This document shows positions 48,714-55,661 of a DNA stretch of 55,661 nucleotides, in pieces. The stretch is from a virus (lineage: Duplodnaviria > Caudoviricetes): positions 1 to 55,661 of the IMG/VR virus record IMGVR_UViG_3300025122_000018; one strand, given 5' to 3'. Position 1 is the first letter of the stretch, and each line of letters starts with the position of its first letter. Below the pieces are notes generated by a model. It did no database searches. It was given only the letters and a program-made list of their open reading frames with translations, and was not told the DNA's origin. Made by a program: the position numbers and the translations under genes.

Positions 48714-48886
48714 TTCTAACTACAAGACATTTCATACTAATAGCAGCAGCCATTAAGGAGCTAGATCTTGGTAAGAGAAGCAAGAAGAAAGTCATTGATG
48801 GCTTTATAGACATGTGCTCAGGTGTTAACCCAAGATTTGATGAGGCCTTATTCAGAGCAGCGTGTAATGAGGGAGGCAAGCCATGA
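48710..48886 (+). CDS. Hypothetical phage protein
   Basis: TRHFILIAAAI...NPRFDEALFRAAC, a small-phage-protein pattern. Confidence 0.65.
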   Translation: MILTTRHFILIAAAIKELDLGKRSKKKVIDGFIDMCSGVNPRFDEALFRAACNEGGKP

Positions 48887-49176
48887 TTACACTACACTCA
48901 TATGGATTCAGGTCGTTTAGTCTTAAACTTAACCACCCAAATAGCCCAGAGGTAGAGTATGTTGTTCAGTACAACAATCAGAATCTACCGTGGCGCATAT
49001 GGAAGAAGAACTATCGCATTGCTGAGAGCACGTTAGATTATATGATAAAGAAGACTATTGCTGGACATACAGTTCGTAGTCTTATCAAGCAATGGGTCAA
49101 AAGGATAGAGGCTGTATCATGTCATCGTCCAATAGAGGGTGGCACGACAGCACTCTTTATATATGGAGGTGCATGA
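48883..49176 (+). CDS. Hypothetical protein
   Basis: 97 aa, GGAGG RBS, coupled. Confidence 0.6.
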   Translation: MITLHSYGFRSFSLKLNHPNSPEVEYVVQYNNQNLPWRIWKKNYRIAESTLDYMIKKTIAGHTVRSLIKQWVKRIEAVSCHRPIEGGTTALFIYGGA

Positions 49177-49370
49177 TGCCCGATGACTATAACAATTTCT
49201 ACTACACCTGTGAATGCGGAAGGACATACCATTCTGCTGAAGGGTGTACCTGTGAACAGTGTGCAGAGGAGGGATGTGAGAACAGAGTATTGTATGATGA
49301 TCTCTGTGATGAGTGTGAAGATAACCGTTACCAAAAAGCCATAAACAATAATGAAACAGAGGAAGAATAA
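49173..49370 (+). CDS. Small Cys-rich (metal-binding) protein
   Basis: GGAGGT RBS; CECG..H..CTCEQC..C..CDEC. Confidence 0.55.
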   Translation: MMPDDYNNFYYTCECGRTYHSAEGCTCEQCAEEGCENRVLYDDLCDECEDNRYQKAINNNETEEE

Positions 49371-50714
49371 ATGAATGATGTAAAAGAAACAATAGAGCTA
49401 ACCATTACCCCAGACTATGTTGATTGGAATACATGGGAGGCAGTCAGAGAGTTCTTACAGAATGCTAAGGATGCTCATGACAGGGGGTATAGTGGCACCG
49501 TAGACTATAACGAAGAGACAAGAAGGCTTATCATCTGCAATGAAGGCGTGGTCTTACCTAAGTCAAGCCTTCTCTTGGGGATGGGTACTAAGAAGGATGA
49601 TGACTCGCAGATAGGACAGTTTGGTGAGGGATATAAGCTCGCCTTAGGTGCCCTATGTAGGCTGGATAAATCAGTTGTGATTAGAACAGGAACACAGGAG
49701 TGGTCGCCATCTATCGTAAAGTCAAAGCAATTTGGAACAGATGTTATCTCTATTGACATCGACTATCTTATGAAAGACCATCATGGTACATTTATATGTA
49801 TCAATGGTATTACTGTAGAAGAATGGGAAGAGATTAGCAATAATGTTTTATGGTTAGATCCGGTAGACTCAGCCTTGTCAATCACAACCTATGACATTGG
49901 TGAATCTAGTGGAGACTTCCTGTTCTCTTGCGATAATGGTGACATCATAAGGAATGGGTCAGGTAACCTGTATTGTAAGGGCATCTATGTCGGCCCGTTA
50001 GGGACATCTGGCCTTAAGTATGATTACAATCTTAACAATGTAAAGCTAGATAGGGATAGACGAATAGCAAATAACTATGATGCTACCTCTAGAATTAGAG
50101 ATGTGCTTAGTGAAATGTCTTATGAAGAGATGATGGAGTTCGCTACCCTTGAGGAGTTTATTGGTGGGGCTAAGGATATCTGTATGATAGCTGATTGGTG
50201 GTGTTCAGCCGTCCATTGTCACTACTATACTGCGTTCATGGAGGAGTACGGTGGTGATTCATATCCTTACCATTATCATGACAACAGAGCAGACATAGAA
50301 GACATTGGCCTAACACCTGTTGAAGTACCTAATGTCTTTCTAACAGTAATGCAGAGGAGTCCGCTTGATTCGATTGCTCTCCTAAGGCGTGAATACTATA
50401 GCAACTATAGTATAATGGAACACGAAGATATAGAAGAAGAAGAGCGCGAAGTTCTTAACACAGCACTAATAATCTGCATAAAGCACAACGAATACCTTGC
50501 AGGTAGAGCAATTAAGATAGCTTCGTTTCCAGAGAAGGGCGTTAAATCCCTAGTGGTAAACTCAGAGAATGACTATGAGGCCAATCCAATAGTCGTAAAC
50601 ATAGAGGCTATGAGATCAGGGCTTGGGTCCACAATCTGTGCGCTTATGCTAAACGGAGACTACCTATCAGTAATGACAGACCTAGTAGACAATCACCTTG
50701 ATACTATCAAGTAA
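49371..50714 (+). CDS. GHKL (HATPase_c) ATPase-domain protein
   Basis: EAVREFLQNAKDA (N-box), NEG, IGQFGEGYKLA, GT motifs. Confidence 0.8.
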   Translation: MNDVKETIELTITPDYVDWNTWEAVREFLQNAKDAHDRGYSGTVDYNEETRRLIICNEGVVLPKSSLLLGMGTKKDDDSQIGQFGEGYKLALGALCRLDKSVVIRTGTQEWSPSIVKSKQFGTDVISIDIDYLMKDHHGTFICINGITVEEWEEISNNVLWLDPVDSALSITTYDIGESSGDFLFSCDNGDIIRNGSGNLYCKGIYVGPLGTSGLKYDYNLNNVKLDRDRRIANNYDATSRIRDVLSEMSYEEMMEFATLEEFIGGAKDICMIADWWCSAVHCHYYTAFMEEYGGDSYPYHYHDNRADIEDIGLTPVEVPNVFLTVMQRSPLDSIALLRREYYSNYSIMEHEDIEEEEREVLNTALIICIKHNEYLAGRAIKIASFPEKGVKSLVVNSENDYEANPIVVNIEAMRSGLGSTICALMLNGDYLSVMTDLVDNHLDTIK

Positions 50715-50854
50715 TGGGGGTGGCCTTAAAGGTGATACTATTAACCGCTCTATACTCTTGGTTCTTAATCTTCTGCTTAAGGGTCGGAGTAGTAGCAGCA
50801 CTACCAGCAACAATCATGTATGTACTATTCATAAAGGAACTAATCAATGACTAA
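50714..50854 (+). CDS. Small membrane protein (46 aa)
   Basis: TAATG coupling; almost entirely hydrophobic. Confidence 0.45.
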   Translation: MGVALKVILLTALYSWFLIFCLRVGVVAALPATIMYVLFIKELIND

Positions 50855-51161
50855 TAACAAGACAACACTTGAGAGTATTCTCAGAGACATCCAAACTATT
50901 AACACACTAGCCCAAGAGGTTGGGACAAAGGTGGCTATGCTAAAGAACAAGGAAACTCTTAGTGAGTTAGATGATCCTCGTATTGACCAAAGCCATAGAC
51001 CTGCTGAACAAGCAGTAGCTAGGGCAGAGAACAAGCAAGCCCGTAGCTTACTTGGTGGGAGAAGGAATAGAAAGGTATCCTTCAAGGCAGACAGCCAAAC
51101 AGAAGAGACTAGGGAACCAAGCAGTGATGTTAGTAATATGATTAACGATATGTTCGTCTAA
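50847..51161 (+). CDS. Hypothetical protein
   Basis: 104 aa, AAGGA RBS. Confidence 0.65.
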   Translation: MTNNKTTLESILRDIQTINTLAQEVGTKVAMLKNKETLSELDDPRIDQSHRPAEQAVARAENKQARSLLGGRRNRKVSFKADSQTEETREPSSDVSNMINDMFV

Positions 51162-51182
51162 TAACTATCGGCAGATAATCAT

Positions 51183-51231
51183 GGAGGGATAATGCTTACT
51201 AATATAGTAGGTGTTATCCCTTCTTTGCTTT
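51183..51231 (+). terminator. Long hairpin terminator
   Basis: 18-bp stem ggagggataatgcttact / agtaggtgttatcccttc with G-U pairs, then tttgcttt. Confidence 0.65.
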
Positions 51232-51314
51232 GTCGGCCCGTATAAGAGCGCCCGTAATAAATCAAGGAGATTAAATCAGTGTTGTTATAGCACAACAACC
51301 AATCAAACCCACGA

Positions 51315-51401
51315 ACCCTAGTCGCTGGCCGATAGCTCAGGTTGAACCTCGCTTTTCGTCCGGCATAGCGAACCGGTTAAGTTGTCTTGTCGCCAGTGGT
51401 G
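51315..51401 (+). promoter_or_regulatory. Conserved phage promoter motif (copy C)
   Basis: ACCCTAG-N22-GAACCTCGCTTTTCGTC-N17-TAAGTT...GTCGCCAGTGGTG. Confidence 0.72.
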
Positions 51402-51430
51402 ACGTCAACAAACAACAACAGGGAGTGAAC

Positions 51431-51706
51431 ATGAGTAGGATACGATTTACAAAAGCAGCCATGATGGGGAACAAGAAACCAAAGGAGATAGAAGAGAAAC
51501 AGAGAGAGACTACATGGATATACCGTAGAGTTAAGAAGGCTCAATGGTTTAGCGTAGACAAGTACAATGCGACTGATGGAAAGGACATACGGCTTGACTA
51601 TACAGCTAAGTGTCCAACAGAGAAGATAGAGGGTGCCGTTGGTGGATGGAGCATATTCAAGAGAGAAGATGACTATACAACATTTAGAAAGAAGGTGTGG
51701 AAATGA
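51431..51706 (+). CDS. Hypothetical basic protein
   Basis: GGGAG RBS, first gene after promoter C. Confidence 0.65.
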   Translation: MSRIRFTKAAMMGNKKPKEIEEKQRETTWIYRRVKKAQWFSVDKYNATDGKDIRLDYTAKCPTEKIEGAVGGWSIFKREDDYTTFRKKVWK

Positions 51707-51888
51707 GAGGTAAAGCAATAATGAAAGCTAACGATGTACCAGTCATGGTCATCAATGATAAAGGCGAGGCTATAAGGCTGATTGACTTACCAACAGGTAA
51801 GCACACAACAGACGATGGCGGTCACTGTATAGTGATAAGAGACAGAACAACAACAGAGATACATTACCATAAAGGAACGAAACAATGA
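51703..51888 (+). CDS. Hypothetical protein
   Basis: Coupled small ORF; start uncertain. Confidence 0.55.
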   Translation: MRGKAIMKANDVPVMVINDKGEAIRLIDLPTGKHTTDDGGHCIVIRDRTTTEIHYHKGTKQ

Positions 51889-52193
51889 GATGTTTATACT
51901 GTATAGATAACGAAGCAGGTGAGACAGGCTACTGTGACTCATGTCTAATAGAGATAGTGGCGGAGGCTCCGCAATGTATGGAGTGCAACGAACCGATGAT
52001 AGGCTTTTGGATGTGGCCTAAGAACAGAATAGCTAAGCACTGTTCAGATGACTGTAGAGGTATAGCACAAGCACGGTATATGGATAGCATTACCGACATC
52101 ATGCTATCAGACAGAACAATACCGATGATACAGGCTATCAGTGTAAACATTGCACTAGACATGACGAACCCAGACAAAAATGAGGTGAACTAA
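51885..52193 (+). CDS. Cys-rich zinc-finger-like protein
   Basis: CLYC, CDSC, CMEC, CSDDC. Confidence 0.6.
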   Translation: MRCLYCIDNEAGETGYCDSCLIEIVAEAPQCMECNEPMIGFWMWPKNRIAKHCSDDCRGIAQARYMDSITDIMLSDRTIPMIQAISVNIALDMTNPDKNEVN

Positions 52194-52432
52194 TGATACA
52201 ACTAGTACGAATCATAGAGCCAGAAACTACTGAACAAGAGACAGCTGGTATTCAGGCTACTGAGAGCCAGCAGACTACTGAACAAGAGGCTGAACAACGC
52301 ATTGCCAAACAGGAGGTGCTAGTTAATGAGGCTCAGATAGCACTAATGGAAGCCAGAGAGAAGCTAATCCACATGTATGACCAACACCCTTTCTGTGGTC
52401 AGGGATGGGAGTTTGGAGAGCATGAGGAGTAG
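52193..52432 (+). CDS. Hypothetical protein
   Basis: 79 aa, GAGGTG RBS, short internal TTEQE repeat. Confidence 0.6.
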   Translation: MIQLVRIIEPETTEQETAGIQATESQQTTEQEAEQRIAKQEVLVNEAQIALMEAREKLIHMYDQHPFCGQGWEFGEHEE

Positions 52433-52433
52433 G

Positions 52434-52619
52434 ATGATAGCCCGTAACTATTTACATGTAAGGAGTGTTAACCAATATAGGCTGGTTACCTATGATACCC
52501 TAGTTCATGGGGGTGACTGTCGAATAGTGACGGTTGAACCTATGTTTCCCAAAATAATGGGAAAACGTGCTACTAATAGTCGTGACCACAATTCAGTGGT
52601 TGCAAACAAAGGAAGATAG
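52434..52619 (+). CDS. Hypothetical protein
   Basis: GAGGAG RBS before ATG 52434. Confidence 0.45.
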   Translation: MIARNYLHVRSVNQYRLVTYDTLVHGGDCRIVTVEPMFPKIMGKRATNSRDHNSVVANKGR

Positions 52620-52620
52620 A

Positions 52621-53034
52621 ATGAAACTCAAAGGAAGAGAGAAGACGACAACCCGAACCAAGAACTCAACCGGTGGAGCTAGGGCTTCAAAGGTAGAAGG
52701 CATCAAAGGCGGCGTCTATGGTAAGAAACCAAACCAGTGGAAGGTAGTATTCGAGGAGACAACGACGAAGGCCGGTATGCCGGTTGTCTACACTAAGATA
52801 CAGGGCAAGATTGAAGGCAGTGATGTCTCATGGTCTGGTAAGGTATCGGTACACCGGCTAGCCGCTGCTCTACTCGACAACGGGGATAGGGTCGATGATG
52901 AAGGTGAGCCAACCAGTGATTGGATTGACTACACTCCACTATTAGAGGCCATCTGTGACCGTAAAGACATCGAGGACGTCGTCAAGGAGTCTGGAGCGGT
53001 GTCAATGCGAGCCGCTCAAGGCCTCATAGCGTAG
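52621..53034 (+). CDS. Hypothetical protein
   Basis: 137 aa from ATG 52621, AAGGA RBS, last gene before the terminator. Confidence 0.7.
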   Translation: MKLKGREKTTTRTKNSTGGARASKVEGIKGGVYGKKPNQWKVVFEETTTKAGMPVVYTKIQGKIEGSDVSWSGKVSVHRLAAALLDNGDRVDDEGEPTSDWIDYTPLLEAICDRKDIEDVVKESGAVSMRAAQGLIA

Positions 53035-53107
53035 TGCTAGTTAGCGTTGTCTTTATCACTACGGTGATGCTGGTAGCTCTGCTGATACGATAGCTCTTAG
53101 AGCCATC

Positions 53108-53149
53108 AACCCAACGCCAGGACGACTACTGGTGTTGGGTTCTTTTTTG
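53108..53149 (+). terminator. Rho-independent terminator
   Basis: aacccaacgccag / ctggtgttgggtt stem followed by cttttttg. Confidence 0.8.
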
Positions 53150-53272
53150 TCTCGACATTATCCTATAGGTTACCCTAGCTCACGGCTGGGGCGGCTCGCC
53201 CCCCCGAGGCGTCTTTCTATCTTAAACAATACCTCTCTCCAAAATTTTTTCTTGATTTCAGCTACTTTTTCC

Positions 53273-53482
53273 TCAATATAAAACCCCCCAGCACGGATCA
53301 ATCGCACCTGCACCATATTGCCGTAGCTCAATGCAGAAAAATACCCAAGACCAACATGGATCGACCTCTGGAGGTACGCTTTCCTTGCGGAAGTCGGGCA
53401 TATCGGCGATTGTCCACGCTCTATCCCTAGCACAGAGGTCTTTTGTCCCGCAAGGTAGCCTCTTCGGAGGCATTTCGGTCAT
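53273..53482 (-). CDS. Possible small Cys-containing protein (69 aa)
   Basis: AGGT RBS plus ATG 53482; two DPCW motifs. Confidence 0.3.
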   Translation of the reverse strand: MTEMPPKRLPCGTKDLCARDRAWTIADMPDFRKESVPPEVDPCWSWVFFCIELRQYGAGAIDPCWGVLY

Positions 53483-53573
53483 TGTACCTGAGTCTAGTCC
53501 CGTATATCGGGCAACCCTGCGCGTTGGGGTGCGCTGTTGTCTAGAACATAACAGGTGTTCTGGATCGTGCAAG

Positions 53574-54065
53574 TTACTTAAGGTATTCTGCTTCTCGCCG
53601 TGCCCTCTGCGCTCGCTCATACGCCTGATTTGCTTCCTTCAGCCTCTCCGCTTGAGCAGCCATCTCCTTAAAGGCTCTCATTTCCTCCGCCTTAAGCCCT
53701 CCACTACTTATTGACTCGTAAGTTTCTCCGGTCAACTGAGTCGGCTCGCCCCGCCCTACACTATGGCGACCTTCGATCTCGAAACCGGGTCTATCCCCTT
53801 TCTTGAATATGATCTCTTCGGAAGCTTCGGCATCCTCTCTGGATTCCTGCTCTCTTCTTGCTCTCTCTTGCTCTGGGGTATGTTCGCCTAGCTCGCCCTT
53901 TAGTCTCTTTGCCTCTGATGCAGTATGAAGTATCTCTTGAATCCTATTCCAGCTAAAGCCTTCTCCCTCTCCTTGATGGGGATAGTTCATGAGTATATCC
54001 TGAGTCTCTTCTGGGGTGAGGTGTCCATAACTTAGTCCTTCTGGGAACTTGCTTTCTGTAGCCAT
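53574..54065 (-). CDS. Hypothetical charged helical protein
   Basis: 163 aa, AGGAG RBS. Confidence 0.7.
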   Translation of the reverse strand: MATESKFPEGLSYGHLTPEETQDILMNYPHQGEGEGFSWNRIQEILHTASEAKRLKGELGEHTPEQERARREQESREDAEASEEIIFKKGDRPGFEIEGRHSVGRGEPTQLTGETYESISSGGLKAEEMRAFKEMAAQAERLKEANQAYERAQRARREAEYLK

Positions 54066-54171
54066 TGGTATTCTCCTGCGTGAGTCTTGAATCCTTTAAC
54101 ATGCTACTATGTCTTATATCGGATTTTTGCATGATCGGCATCAGGACGCTATTGTTATGGGGCGGAGTACC

Positions 54172-54360
54172 ATGCAGAACAAGCTTTCGGACATGCTCAG
54201 GGCGACAGACTGGGTATTTATACTCACCATCTGGGTATGCTTCCTGTTTGTTTGTTCTATCGTGTTCGCCGCTTTCAGAATAGAACAGAAGCTCAACGAG
54301 GCCGTTATTTCCGATTGCGAGAAGTGGGGGAGTCGTTGTGCAGAACAAAAACAGGAGTAA
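54172..54360 (+). CDS. Small membrane protein
   Basis: GGAG RBS; TM segment WVFILTIWVCFLFVCSIVFAAF. Confidence 0.6.
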   Translation: MQNKLSDMLRATDWVFILTIWVCFLFVCSIVFAAFRIEQKLNEAVISDCEKWGSRCAEQKQE

Positions 54361-54363
54361 GAT

Positions 54364-55566
54364 ATGTCAGGGATAGGACTACCACAGTGGATGTATGATG
54401 ATAAACCAGTTGTGCCAGAGAAGTATTTGGACATGCTCTCGGAGATTGATGATAAGTTCGGGTATTCGATAAGGAATGAGGGGCTTGGTCGGAGGAACCT
54501 GTCAGAAGAGACTGGTCTTTCGCAGTTCACGGCTAGGATTCTCATAGCGTTAATTAAGAATCCAGAGAAGTATGGACTTAGTGCTTCGGCTGGCCTTGCT
54601 GACGAGGTGGAGTTTACCGGGCGGGGCGTAGTTCGTGATCTGCCTAAGCTAGAGCGGTGGGATCGGACAGACCAGATATTCAAGGAGGTCGGTGGGCTTA
54701 GCTGGGACCAGAAAGATGATGAGATATCTATAGAGGAGCTTATCCGTAGGCGGGAAAGGCGCTTCAGGGAGCTATCTAAGGCCAAAAAGAACTCTAAGGT
54801 TAGGCATATCAATGTAAAGATGCACGGACCTATCGCTATTACCCACTTGGGCGACCCTCATGTGGACGATGACGGCTGTAACTTCCCAGAATTGCGCCGT
54901 ACTGTGGAAACTATAGCGAAAACAGAGGCTATGTACGCCGGAAATATCGGAGATACGGTTAATAACTGGATTGGGCGGCTAGAAAGGCTCTATGCGAAGC
55001 AGACTGCGACCTATGATGACGGTATTCGGCTTGCTGAGTGGCTCCTTTCATCGATTCCGTACATATATGTGCTGTTAGGCAACCACGATCTATGGGGTAA
55101 GACCCCTGCGGTGCTTCGCCAGATACTAAAGACTACTGATGTGGCTGTATGTACGGCTGGTACGGCTAAGATACAGCTTAATTTCCCCAAGGGGGAGCCT
55201 GTGCGCCTTATGGCAAGGCATGACTTCAAGGGTTCTAGTGCTTGGAACCGAGCGCACGGCCCCTTAAAGGCCGCGAAGCTCGACCCGTGGGCCGATATCT
55301 ATGTCTCTGGCCATAAGCACCACTGGGTTCAGCATATTCACGAAGGTATGGACGGTAAGCCCCGGTGGTCATTGACCGTTCGAGGGTATAAGTACTTCGA
55401 TGACTTTGCTGAAGAGAGAGGATTCTACGAACACCAGCATGGTGAGTCCTGTACGACCATCATAGACCCTACCGCTAGGCCAACTGAGCGCGTTCAGTGC
55501 GTTTGGGATATAGAGGAGGCGGCTGATCTGCTCAACTACAAGCGTAAGCGAGCGGGTTATAAGTAG
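54364..55566 (+). CDS. Calcineurin-like metallophosphoesterase
   Basis: GDPH, GD, GNHD, H and GHKH motifs in canonical order. Confidence 0.88.
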   Translation: MSGIGLPQWMYDDKPVVPEKYLDMLSEIDDKFGYSIRNEGLGRRNLSEETGLSQFTARILIALIKNPEKYGLSASAGLADEVEFTGRGVVRDLPKLERWDRTDQIFKEVGGLSWDQKDDEISIEELIRRRERRFRELSKAKKNSKVRHINVKMHGPIAITHLGDPHVDDDGCNFPELRRTVETIAKTEAMYAGNIGDTVNNWIGRLERLYAKQTATYDDGIRLAEWLLSSIPYIYVLLGNHDLWGKTPAVLRQILKTTDVAVCTAGTAKIQLNFPKGEPVRLMARHDFKGSSAWNRAHGPLKAAKLDPWADIYVSGHKHHWVQHIHEGMDGKPRWSLTVRGYKYFDDFAEERGFYEHQHGESCTTIIDPTARPTERVQCVWDIEEAADLLNYKRKRAGYK

Positions 55567-55661
55567 TGCATGGGATTTAAGAAGAGAAATATCAAGAGCA
55601 ACATCGTTGCTTGGTTTCGTAGTCTAGGCGCATTCAGTGTAGGTATGTTTCTCGGCACTTG
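55521..55661. repeat. Terminal direct repeat / circular assembly overlap (right copy)
   Basis: Matches 1-141. Confidence 0.97.

Noticed and set aside
51326-51400. tRNA-like start TGGCCGATAGCTCAGGTTG
   Set aside because: No D-stem partner (GAGC), no T-loop GTTCRA and no acceptor pairing; the segment is part of promoter motif C
1-55661. Stop-codon reassignment, reverse transcriptase/DGR, integrase or transposon
   Set aside because: Core genes are intact in the standard code and use TAA, TAG and TGA as stops; no RT, recombinase or transposase motifs were seen

Overview
The window is an apparently complete ~55.5-kb circular or circularly permuted dsDNA tailed-phage genome. The first and last 141 nt are the same sequence with one mismatch. 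The + strand morphogenesis block looks podovirus-like: TerS/TerL, portal, scaffold, major capsid, adaptor, nozzle, three short tail-appendage proteins, ejection proteins including a 3730-aa giant, and holin-like genes. A - strand replication/recombination block encodes DnaB, Rad52/Sak, a Cas4-like exonuclease, SSB, RuvC and DnaG. A + strand early/accessory block encodes an amidase, FmdB, DUF932, a GHKL ATPase and many small ORFs. I found no DNA polymerase, integrase, tRNA or CRISPR array. Most notable: (1) three HExxH zincin proteins, two with clearly paralogous domains, one of them inside the giant putative ejection protein whose centre is a string of small domains separated by repeated basic (R/K)(V/I)K(F/L)K linkers; (2) a gapless conserved multi-box promoter motif heading three operons; (3) a gene overlapping both neighbours, with a repeat read in two frames; (4) apparent near-total CCWGG avoidance. 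All product calls come from motif recognition and synteny by eye, not from database searches.
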